A model generated the notes under the pieces. It was not told the DNA's origin and searched no databases. It saw nothing but the letters and a program-made list of their open reading frames with translations. 64,000 bases of DNA from Chara braunii (lineage: Eukaryota > Plantae > Charophyceae), in contig BFEA01000040.1 of the NCBI GenBank assembly GCA_003427395.1, forward strand, positions 3,937,098-4,001,097. Direction: 5' to 3'. Of this stretch, positions 39,201 through 51,400 are shown piece by piece; positions within the stretch are counted from its first letter, which is position 1, and every line of letters begins with the position of its first letter. Made by a program: the position numbers and the translations under genes.

Positions 39201-41251
39201 CCCCCGACCAGCTCCAAAACAAACTCAAGTATGTCAAAAATATTGAAGCAAAAGCCGGTTTGCTAAGAGAGGTCCTCCCTCTCGCCTGGTGCCTGACCCT
39301 GCAGAAGAGCCCGATAGTCGAAAAAGACGACTGGGTGGTTAGATATTCAGACTTGACCATCCCCCCCGTCATCTTTAAAGTCAAAAACAATGTGGATGGT
39401 GTCTGTGCGTTGGAAGCCTATGAACCACAAATGCCTGGGTGAAGTTTTCCAAACTAACAAAGAATGACGACTTGGACTCTGTACATGGGTGGGACGGTTT
39501 GATGCAGGTGAGGGTGGTAGGAGATTCACAAAACAGCCACCACATATTTCAGCCAGCCACGCCTGTGGTCAAAATCCCCTTTGACCCGACTGAGTGGGAA
39601 TGACCAGACACTCGACCTATGCAAATATGGGAGTACACGATCAAAGGGGGATACGGAGCATCGCAACAAGACCAGCAAATCAACAACACAATTGCAGATA
39701 GATGGGCATGCGACTCGCCGTTCGAACCAAAACTGTCACAATCTTTCACCTGGTCCAGATTTGCGAAGATCATGCCGACAAGCCACAGGTCTCTGCAGTG
39801 GCAGATCTTGCACCGTTGCCTCCCCACCCCCGACTGACTTGTCTCTAGAACAGATGTGGAACAAAAAGGGGAGTTGTCTCCCATTTGTGCATACTACATA
39901 AGAACTCAGATGTCGGCCCGTGCGACCCCCGAGCACTGCCTGTTGGCATGTCCAATGGTCACCCAACTGTAGCAGTGGTGGAACGCTGACTTCCACTCCC
40001 TCACAGGTTATCATATCCCTTGGGACGTTCGTCTTCTGCTCCTGGGAGACAACTGCCACTTGCAGGCACACTGGTCCCCATTCGCGACCAACCTGTTTTC
40101 ATATACACGGTTGCACATCCTTATGCTGGCTTGGAGGGCCAGATGCTCCTTTGAAAGAAAGGAGCACCAATTCGACCTGCAACAGGCACAACAAACTATC
40201 GAAGAACAGATCGGGACCAAGACTCGAGAAGCATGGAGGTCAATGAAAAGCGACCTTCTTGAGGAGAAAGACTTCACCGCCATGCAAGCAATCCGAGACT
40301 CCTACATGCTGACCTGGCAGGATCCTAACAAAATATTATCTGAACTAGACACCGCCCTCAATATCACGTGGAAACCTTGGAGGAACACGGAACCCAGATG
40401 GCAAAGGAGACCCTTCTCCGAATTCCAAGTCCCTTACCTCCAACCCAACTTTGTCCTCCTTTCGTCTCCTCAAGCATAACATGTCAGAGGCCACCTTCTC
40501 GTCCCCCCTCTCCCCCCCCCTCTTCCCTTCCCCGCCCGCCTTTCCGTCCCTTCCCTTACCCCCCTTCCCTCCCCTATCTAACCGCCCGCTGGGGACAATA
40601 CGAGCAATGGGATCGATCCCTCAGACTGTGCAAGGTGCATGGACAACTATGGAGGACTGGTGACTAATAGACATAAAGACAACGACCACTGCACGAAGGA
40701 CCGACATGAGTCTACCTGCAACGAACTCAGACCCGAAGGACAGACATGCGTCGGCTTGAGGACAACGGTCACGATCAGCAAACCCTATGGGTTTAAGGTT
40801 GAAAGCTTGCAATGAAGGAGTCCAATGGAACTTCATTGGGGAAGGAGAACACATAAAAATTGATTTGTGTGACGAATGAAGCTACGAACGTGCTTTGTAC
40901 TGGTTTAACAGGATATAGGGTGTAAAGGGTTTTATAAGGACAGACATAGTAATAATCAAACAGAGGGGCTGTTTAAATAGGGTTGGGTTAATAGATGAAT
41001 TATGGGCTCCAAAAAAGGGAAGGGTGACACTAGCAGCTCCATGGGACAAAGGAGTCTCAGGATGAGACAATAATGACCACAGCCTTAGGAAACACCAAAC
41101 AACAATCTCAGTGTTACAAGATGTATTAATGAGACGCTGGACCCGGTTTCCAGCAGGTGCCGCTCCCCACCAATAGATGGAGCAACCCGAAAGGTAAGCC
41201 CTCAATTATAGAGATATCACAAGGGCTATTCTCGCAAAAAAAAAAAAAAAA

Positions 41252-43175
41252 AGTTACAGATTACAATTGGGACCACAATAATAAATGGTTATGGGTGCGT
41301 TTCCAAGTGGGCTCTGAGAATTGGGTTATTTTCAACATTTATGTTCCGACGACACAATCAGCTCGTTTGAAACTTTTTCATTCCCCCCCATCATGGCTTT
41401 TGCCAGACGTGGATCACTTGGTCCTGGGGGGTGATTGGAACATTACCATGCTCCCTGGGACTGACTCCCCTCGTCTGGGGCCTTTATCCCGAGACTCGGT
41501 GAGGCTTTCCAATTTTCTCCAAAACTCAGGATTTATTGATGCCTATCGCCTGATATATCCTTGCGACAGATCATACACATGGTTTGCGTCAGGGTCGATG
41601 TGTCAAACATGTCTGCCTTCTAGCCGTATAGACGGTATAGGTATGTTCTTTGTGGCAGATGAACTGCCCCCGCTTATTTTCAAATGCAACGTGGTTCCTT
41701 ATGATGGTTCTGGTCGCTTACCTTTATTTCTAGAGTTTTTTATACACCCGACAATAAGGGCGAGATTAGATCGGGTCACACTTCCCAAATGGGTAGTGTC
41801 CTCACAATTGATGGCGCACTTCATGAACGAATTCTGGCCCAAATGGTGCCAAACACGACCGCAAAAGGTGGCGAGGTCCTAGCAAACGCAGTTTAAAGAG
41901 GACATGGCCGTTGTAGTTTGTAGGGTCACATAGTAGCATCCTGACGAGTTTGCTTTGATGACAGAGCTTGAACGAGCCAGACAGAACTGAACTTATGTCG
42001 GTTTGCTTGCAATGAGAGAGAGCACATCGAACGTGAATTTCTTGGTTAGTCAAAGGAGAGCGTATGACGACGGCGTTTTTTGGCAGCCGAAAAAACCTGC
42101 TTCAAGCTTATTTAATATCGTCATTGAGCCATCCTCTTAACAATCAGGCCCCATTGGCTGAAATGACTCCACTGATCATCACATACGCCAAACTTTTTTA
42201 TTAGCACCTGCTCACATCCCATACCCAGTATACAGTTGGACAACTGTTACTGAACCTCCAGGAAACAATATGGACCACTCTGGATCGTCATTTGACGGAC
42301 CACTCTGGATCGTCATTTGACGGACCAACAGAGATTGCGATTAGAAGCACATATAACAATTGAAGAAGTGGTGCGAGCAAGCAAATATATTCCCCCGCGT
42401 AAAACTCCGGGGATGGATCGCTTGCCGACCACATTTTTACAACGTTTTTTCCCCTATCTATACCCTGATCTTTTGAAAATGATGCAAGCCATATGGAATG
42501 GATCCCCCCCATCACAAGCAATGTTACAACTTACAAGGAATAATAACTTGTATATACAAAAAAGGAGAAGTGACTAATATACGAAACTAACGACCGACCA
42601 CATTATGTCGAGTCTCTATAAAACTTTTGGAAACATTTTGGCTCATCGGTTACAAACTGCCATGACATCTCTAATTCATCCATCGCAAATAGGGTTTTTG
42701 CAAGGTAGACAAATATTGCACAATGTAGTGTTTGTCGAGCAACTTATGGAAATGGTTGGGTCAGGGGAAGAACAAATTGCTATTCTTTTGTTGGACCTTG
42801 AAAAAGCTTACGACAGGGTTGGCTGGGAGTTCTTGCAGGCAACCTTGATAAGTTTCGGTTTTGGTCCGCTGTTTGCACGAGCAGTTGTTTCACTGCTCAC
42901 CACAACAACTTCGTTATTATGTATTAACGGAGCGTTGTCCACCCATATTGCCCTCACCCGGTCGGTGCAACAGGGTTGCCCGGTCGCATCTTATACGTTA
43001 TACGTCTTGTATGTGAAAGTAATGCACGGAATGGTAAGAGCAAACCCTGAAGTACTTGGACTTTTGCTACCTTTTGGGGACAGATTCAAAACTGAAGCCT
43101 TTGCGGATGACTCAGTCGCACTCACCCCGTTAGATGACGCAACGTTCCAAGCACTCCAACAAGCCCAAGGCTATT
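41252..43175 (+). mobile_element. Decayed LINE ORF2 fragment (APE + RT)
   Basis: FNIYVP, LGGDWN, FIDAYR, YTW, SRID; KTPGMD; LDLEKAYDRVGW; VQQGCP; FADD. Truncated at both ends. Confidence 0.9.
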
Positions 43176-46100
43176 GACCCTGTTATCGCCTCGTAGACAC
43201 ACATAGACCCATCAATGATCTGTTTGAGAAAATTTAATGTGTCTGAATCCTTAGAAGATTTACAAAGTGAGTGGTCAGGGAAGGACCACAGAGACTCTTG
43301 GGTGATGATCAACAAAGGTCCTAGGGGTGAACATTTTGTAGTAGAGGTTGATGTAGGTGGCTGCAAAGTGGGCGCCTTCGCAGACATAGGCTCTACACAA
43401 AACTTCATCAGTCGTGCTTCAAGTTGTGTGGACAAACTGCACTTAGGGGACCAAGTGCAGCGGCTAAGCAGATTTGTAGCATCGAGGTTAGCCAACAAGC
43501 ATAGTATGATTGTCCAAGACTATGTCAAGGACGCAGTCTGCACCTTCTCTTGTGGAGGAGGGGAACTGAGACACAGGATATCATTCCTTGTTAGTGACGA
43601 GCTGCCATTCAATATACTACTAGGCATGTACTACCTCGAGGTTGCTTAACCTCAATTCGATTGGGATAGGAAGGTGATGATCCACAAGTTGTCTAATGGA
43701 AGAATCGTTAGACTGCAGAAGTTTAAAACTAGCAGTCTAGTGGAGAACTATGGCTGCATGTGTGTATTTTCTTTCTATAACTATTATAAGTTGAATCACA
43801 AGGAGGGCATGTACCTATTTTTTATCTATGAGAAAGGGGAGGCCGTAAAATCACCCCCGAGATAAAAACAGTCGTTGCTCAATATCCTAACCTTTTTTAG
43901 GAGCCTAGGGTTGTGGTAGAAAGGGAGGTGGTCCATGCAATAGAAATCATCCCTCGTAGCAAAGTACCTGGAGGACAGATCTATAGGATGTCTCATGAGG
44001 AGTTAGATGAGCTCCGCCGCTAGCTCAAGGAGTTCACATAGAAAGGTTGGATTCGGCCTAGTATGTCCCCTTATGGAGCGCCAGTTCTCTTCGTCCCAAA
44101 GAAAGGGGGGACCCTAAGGATGTGCATTGACTATAGAGGTCGCAATGACATCACCGTTAAAAACGCAAAGCCTCTACCCCGGATCGATGACCTTTTGGAT
44201 AGAGTGCAGGGATGTCGGTACTTCACAAAGATAGATTTGAAGTCCGAGTACCATCAAATTGTCATTAGACCTTATGGTCAACATAAAACCGTTTTTCATA
44301 TCAGGTACGGTTTGTACGAGTTTCTGGTGATGCCTTTTGGACTATGCCATGCCCCGGGTACATTTCAGCACGCAATGAGTTTCATATTTTATAACTACTT
44401 AGATAAGTTTATCGTCGTGTACGTCGACGATATCCTAATTTTTAGTAGGACTGTAGAGGAGCACGTCGAGCACTTAAAAATAGTGCTAGGACTCATAAGA
44501 CAACACCAGTATAAGGTAAACTTGGAAAAATACGAAATCGGTCGCACCAAGATCTTATACATGGGGCATGTAATCTCCGCGGAAGGGTTAAGGCCTAACG
44601 ATGCTAAAGTGGTCAGCATACATGACTGCCCAGACCTCGGACTGTTACTGAGGTCCGATCGTTTTGGGGGATGGCGGGCTACAACCGCCCGTTTGTAAAG
44701 AACTATAGTACTATAACTTCCCCATTAACCGACCTAAGCCGCCTCGACACCCCTTGGGAGTGGACCGAAGAGTGAGAGGTATCCTTCAAGAAATTGAAGT
44801 ATGCCCTGACACACTATGAAGTCCTCAAACTTTCGGATCCTGAGCAACCCTTTGTAGTGACCACGGACGCCAGACAATATGGCATAGGCGTGGTTCTTGC
44901 GCAAAAGAAAGGGAAAAAGTTGAGGTCCATTGAGTACATGAGTAAAAAGATGTTATCTCAAAAACTAGCTAAGTCCACGTACGACTGAGAGCTATATGCC
45001 CTCTATAGAGCGCTAGTCCATTAGAGGCACCACCTCCTAGGCAAATTCTTCTATGTGAGATTTGACCATGAAACCTTGCGCCGAATCAAGACACAGTCTG
45101 CACTCTCAGATGCCTTAAAAAGGTGGATTGAAGTCATAAACATGTATGACTTCAAGCTTGACCCTGCAAAGGGAGAATACAATAAGGTGGTTGATTCACT
45201 ATCGCGAAAGGCAGATTATCTGGGCGCTATCGTACCAAATACCCTTACAAGGGTATTTGGCGTGCTTTTTGTAAGTCACGCCGGTGCGACCTCGTCCGAA
45301 GTAGACGGCGCACTCGCGGGTGAGAGTTGGGTCATTGTCCGGGTGAGCATAGCGCGCGAGGTAATGACGGCAAGGAGCAACCATGCACGACCTGGGAGTT
45401 TACGGCTCTACAGGCCAGCGGGACGTGCGGCCCCTCGCCCCATTACTTTTTTGTTTCCTCGCATTTTTTCTTCTTTTTATTAATTTTATTATTTTACTTT
45501 TATTTTTACGGTTATCTTTGACCCGGTGACCGGGTCCGAGACCGACGTCGGGCACCCAGGTCTGGCTCGGCTACTACTTCGTTGGACACGGGTGGCCATT
45601 ACGGCAGTCGAGGACCTTGATCACGCGCCTCTTTCGACAGACCCGCTTGGGTTCCGGCGTGTCCTGGATGTTGGCAAAATTCCTTTGTCTACCCGTCTTG
45701 ATACTTGGAATGGGGCATGCGAGCCGGTGGGTAATTAGCCCACGAGGCGGAAAGAAACCTTGGTGGCGGGGGTCGCTGCGGGCGCACCGTCCGCCAACCA
45801 CGGTTTGCTGTGACAGGTTCTAGTGTGAGCGTGCCCACTGGGACACAATAGAAAAATTCCCACGAGAAATGAAAGTTGAAAAAACATTCCATTAAAAAAA
45901 AATCCTTCCTATTTATAAAATTATCATTCCAATGTTCGTTCAATTCTAAAATTTTCAGTTTTATTTGATAAGTTCCCGTCTAAATATGATCTTTCCCTTC
46001 CAACTACATCTATTTTTTCAAGATGGAATGAAAGTTTGGACGACTTTATGAAATGTTTTAATTAAATTTTCATTCTACTACAACAAATATCTTCTAATTT

Positions 46101-46752
46101 AGATTGGATTAACTTATTTATGACTGAAAATCCGTACTTATAATTATAGTCCAATTAATATATTTTATAAACTCATCTAAACTTTCATTCCATCTCTAGC
46201 ATGCAGTCCAAATAAGAAGGGATACCATGTTCTTGGAATGAAAGTTTGCAAGTAAGATGAAAAATTTTAAAATCGGAATGACATTTTTTAAGATGGAATG
46301 AAAATTTGAAATTTAGATTGTAATTTTACTATAGAATGATTATTTAATTCTGGGAAATTTTTCGTTGCACATAGGATGATGAACTATGCCTGGGCGGGGC
46401 CAAGGGGCACCGGTAAAAGGTTGCCGCAGTGTTGGCTACACGGCCCAAGCTGTCCCAGCAGCACGCCACTTCAGCCTGCAAAGTTATCAGTTAAAGATTT
46501 GCTACAGCGGGGCCACGGGGCACCGGTGGGAGACTGTCGCAGTTTTGGTTGTGCAGCAAACTATCCCAGCAGTAGGTGAGATGGAACCCGCCCCCACGTC
46601 GGCCTTCAAAGTTCTCATTTGAATATTTGCTACTACCGCCAAGATCAGCACCAGGACCTGCGGGGTGGTGGAAGCCTGGGCAGCCATGGCCAAGGGATAT
46701 ACCGCTCGTTCACCTTAGCCTGCTGTGAAAAGTGAGAAGGTTGGGTGTGAGA

Positions 46753-47075
46753 AGGCCTGTGGGACCAACAGTTGCGGACCCATCTCAGTTCGTACACCCG
46801 CGAATGCTGAAAATAGGCCTGTGGGAACTGCTGCCGGCGGGCCTAGCTCAGTGGTACCCCCATGAGCTCTTGAACAGGCCTGTGGGACCAGCTCCTGCGA
46901 ACCTAGGTTAGACTGGTACACCCACCGACTGTGTGAAACAGACCTGTGGGACCAGCACCTGAGGACCTAGCTCAGACTAGTACACTCACAAACTGTGAAA
47001 AATAGGCCTATGGGAACAGTCACGGGCGAGCCTAGTTCATTTGATACACCCACGAACTGTTGAAATGCAGACCTG
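46753..47075 (+). repeat. ~62-bp tandem array x5
   Basis: AGGCCTGTGGGA.CAG....GCG..CCTAG.TCAG..GTACACCCAC.A.CTG.GAAA units. Confidence 0.9.
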
Positions 47076-48321
47076 AGCTCGAACGCCACTAAAGGTGGGT
47101 GAATGAGAGTTTGCGCCGCATGCTGAAATACCGCTACTTTTATTTTTATTTTTATTTTTTTACTATTATTTTTATTATTTTACTTATTTCGTGAGGTGGG
47201 ACTGAGACTTTGCCTCTGACCCTGGATCCAAGGTGCAGGTGTTGCGGCAAGGCCGGTGCCCTCCCACTTGCTGCAGCGACAGAACTGTCGTGACGGCCGA
47301 GCAATAGGCCGGGCGCTTGGGCGGCATCCATTCGGGACTGATTGATTCAGCAAGTGAGTTCATACACACTCCTTTGCAGATTCTTGACTTTGGCGATCAC
47401 CAGCCTGCAGTCTGTGCCATTTGATACCCGTCTGCTGTACGGGATTAGCGCACGGTTTGGCAGTAGGTGGAGAGAGGAACAGGGCGAACTAACCTGGACA
47501 GGGATTTGCGCGGGGTGTCTGCGGGGCGAGGGAGAAAGACGCAACGACGAGAAGGAAGAAGCTATGGCGGAAGTGAAAATTATACAGCCCCCCCGTTCCT
47601 TGGTGGAATCAGTGGGGGAGAGATTGCAGATAGGGTTTTTTGCATAGGGCGAATGCAATGGTAGGGTTATTTTAGTCAGAGAGTTGGTGTAGGAGGAGTT
47701 AGTGTAGAAAAGAGGTGTGCAGGAGATCGCGGAGATGAAGAAAAAGGGGAGTGGGAAAATGTGTATCTTGCTCGTTTCCGGACGGAATCGAGGGAGGGAG
47801 GACTCGAATCGGGGGTTTTCGGACCTGGTGACCCCGATTCTGAAGTCATGTTTAGTGGAAAGTCAGTAGATAGTGAGTTAGAAGAAAAAGGTGTGCGCAG
47901 AGGGGTCGAGGAGAAAAAGAGAGTGAGAGAGCAGAAGTAGAAACGACATAGCTCACCCGTTTCTCGACGAAAACGAGCGACGGAGGAACCTAAACGGGGG
48001 TTTTGAGGCGCTGCAAAGTGAATGGTCTTGACAAAATTGGATTTAGCCCTGCGGTCTGGCCGGTATGACCAGCAGGGGCTGCGCCCGAGAATAAGACTTC
48101 CTTTGGTGAAAATATGTAATGAATCTTTCAACTTTTTAAGAAAATATTCATTCTCATTTTACACATCTGATGAAACTAGTAGCAGGGCCATGTTTGTTTG
48201 GCTGATGTCCGTGCCACTTACAATGATCATCCTCATTTTATCGCTGCTCCTCGGTGATTGCGAATGATCCTAGTTGTGAAGACGGTCAGGTACGTTCATA
48301 CACTGAGGCTGCGCCCTGCGT

Positions 48322-48341
48322 AGAGAGAGAGAGAAAGAGAA

Positions 48342-48400
<59 letters not shown>
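48322..48400 (+). repeat. (GA)n microsatellite
   Basis: Seen directly. Confidence 0.95.
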
Positions 48401-48407
<7 letters not shown>

Positions 48408-51400
48408 GTGCAGAGGGGTGTGGGTGAACTGAGAAGGAAAGCCCATGCTGCTCTGCTTCATGGTCTGCGGCACTGTTGGGTCTGGGTCCGTACGAATCTG
48501 GCCGGTAAGGCGGCCAGATACATCGGAATGGAGGAGGCCGAGTTGACTAAACGAGAGGGATAGAAGGAGAGGGTTCGAGATGCATACCTGAGCTCGAACA
48601 GTGAGTGAGCAGCGACAGGAGAGCACGTCAGCGGGAAGGAAGTTTACCTGGTCAAGTTGCAGTCGTGGTCAAGAAGTTGCGAAGTCTGCAGTAAGATGCA
48701 ACACATCAGTAAACCGTGTGCAGCAACGAATAATTGATGAAGGAGTGTTTTTTTTGTTCTGTGCCATTGGTGCATAATTGTTTTTAGTTGGTGGAGTGAT
48801 TCGGCTGATTGGTTCTTATGCGCGAACGTGATCTCAGCTTGCCAAACAGCTATACGGGGACCTGTCTTTTGGCCAGCCTCTTACAGGGAACTGTTGATTG
48901 CGGGGGCCCTCTGCAGCAACACCGCCCGCCAATCTCTGTTTGTTGGGATATGTGAAGGGATGAACCGGGTCATGGCAGTGGACAACGGGGCTGACATCTG
49001 CACATACTTTGGTTGTTGTTGCAGACGTCCGTGTTTTTCTTCGATGTGGCCATGGAATTAGGGTCTGCAGATGCCTTTTGGTTGTTGTTGTGGCATGCTC
49101 GGACAGTGCACGGATGCTGTGAGGCGGACTATTATTGCAGCTATGGAGCTTCAAGTTTGTGTTGCTGCTGTGCACCGATACTGTTGCGGAAGGCTTCAAA
49201 CAGCAAACCATTGAACTCCATGACATAGCTTAATTGCAATTTCGTTGTGCGCTTACCACACGTTAGTTGGGCATCTGCTGCTCGACATTATGCTTGCGTT
49301 TTGCTTATCCTGTGTATTACTGTGTTATCCATTAATATGTTGCTAGTGCGGTACTGAAGCGTGGTACCTTGTTTCCAGTATACTACTACGGTACCTTGTG
49401 GCAGCGTGCAATCGCTGTATGTATAGTTCTTATTTGAGTTACGTTGTGTTCTGCCTGCGGTTTGGATAGAGCACGGGGGTGTAATCTATTTGAACTCACT
49501 TGTACGATGCAGCGTAACGGCAGTTTAGACTAGTAGTGGCATCTTGGCCAGGGGAAACGACGCTGCAATCGAGGGAAGTAATCAGAGTCTGCAACGGGGT
49601 TACCGGTGCGTCTTGGAGGTTCGTCAAAGTTGATTATCCTACTGCATTTTGGCCGCGGGTTGACCGGCATACTGCGTATTTGACCATCATTGCGGGGCCC
49701 TCAGGCGAGTGAAGGAATCAAGGCCCTCTCATGCGAGTCTGAGAGCACCTCTCTTCTATCTGAGTGACTCAGTCTCTCTCCTTCTGCCTTTCTAACTCTC
49801 AGTCTAGTCTTTTGGTTCCGAGAGGAAGGCGACAGGTGGAATTGAAACCCGTAATCCGTGCCAAGGCCTCTGTGGGAGGTTCGCCCCACCGATTGCGGGA
49901 GCTTTGCCAGGGTTCAGGCGGGACCCTGGAAGCAGGGAACTATGAGGTAGGCTGATGCGATCTCCCTTAGGATCCCGTATACCCCTATCTATATCACCCT
50001 TCATCTAGTTTGATTGAGTTTTGACTTTTTGTGTATTTCCTTGACTTTAATTCAGGACTTTAACTTAATCAGAGGAAATTTATTATATTTGTGTAGATTT
50101 ATCTGTCTGAAATGAAATCCACGATGTCTGTTTGCGATGATTTGAACTGGGGCTGGAAATGAGGTCCTCAAGACTGATCCGGTCGCCACGTGTTGGAGTT
50201 ATAAGAGTTAGTTCAATTCCTGCATTTTATAAGTTAAGTTTATTTTACTTAGTTTAAGTTATCGCATTTTCTTGGATCGTTTACTTTACTCGGCGCTGTA
50301 TATTAAATTTTGGAAAGCTACTTGTCCTACGGGAAGCGATGCCAAAATTTCTACAAAACCAAGGAGTTAGTCAAATTTTGACTTTCAAAAGTTCAAATTT
50401 TGTCTGAGTTTATAGTTGGCTTAGTTAAAATCTGGGAGGTCTACTTTTCTAAGGGAGGTGCTGTCCAAATTTTTACTAAATCAGGGAGTTGGACAAAATT
50501 TGACTTTGTGAGGTCAAAGTTATTTATGAGTTTTATATTTAGTCTCGTATAAATTCTGAAAAAAATATTTTTTCTATAGGAAGCGCTGTCGAAATTCTCT
50601 TAGTTTTGAAGAGTTTGATTATATTCTGGTTGGAGAAGTCTTGGCAATCCACCCTGTATAGGGGAGATGCTACCATAATTTTTCTTATTCTCTGAAACTC
50701 ATTTAAGAGATAGATTTAAGATCTAGTCTTACGAGGTTTTGAGTAAGATGTGATATAGGGATTTATTCTCCGTACACTTAAAGTTCAAGTATTTGGGATT
50801 TGGGCTGTATTGTGTAAGAGGTCCTTCTTGGTCGCCTTTTATTTAATATCTGACTAGTCCAACTCGGTCCTACGAGGATCATCTTCTGTTATCTTTGATA
50901 ACAGGTCGGTTGGTTGATTGCCGACTCGTCGGCTCACGACACAACTTTGATATTATGTTTCTTTGAAGGTTTTAACCAGACTTCTTTTAATGACCATTAT
51001 AAAGAACTGATGAATGTTTATGGAGAATTAGACAATGGTTGGGCCTGAGCGTGTGAGGCGTGACGCGAGTTACAGGGAATAATAAAGTTGACCACATTGG
51101 TGCATGACAATGTGACTTTCGTAAGTGTTTGTGTTTTATGCAGATTAGTATTTTGGAGCTTGGTATATGAGTCTTACTTTGGAGGTAGTGAGAATGACAA
51201 TCATGTGTCGTGCGATTTGCATACCTGATGGGTTTATTTTCCCTTCTTTTATTTATCCCGAGTTCTGAATTAATATGGGTCTTGGGATGCGTGTTTATTT
51301 ACTGAGTGATTTTGCTTGTTAACTTTTATAGTTGGACATTGATGTCCGTGACAGCCATCAAAGTCAAACCCCTTGACTTCTCTCCAGACCCTGGATGATG

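Larger units (their letters stand above)
20160..41251 (+). mobile_element. Near full-length decayed L1/Tx1-like LINE, interrupted by the LTR element at 23172-33226
   Basis: ORF1: RRM-like LQFRGRQVQLTAWSP and knuckle PWCYACKQRGNLCTNASC (20943-21614), with a Gln-rich tract split by the insertion. ORF2: IRSPNVNG, LAGDFN, SRID, FDH (APE), NYRPITLL, RQGDPIAP, FADD, LQWQILHRCLP. 3' UTR with tail motif (41131-41182) and poly(A) at 41236-41251. Confidence 0.88.

Noticed and set aside
46753-47075. CRISPR-like array
   Set aside because: The 'spacers' are mutually homologous, the context is eukaryotic, and no cas genes are present.
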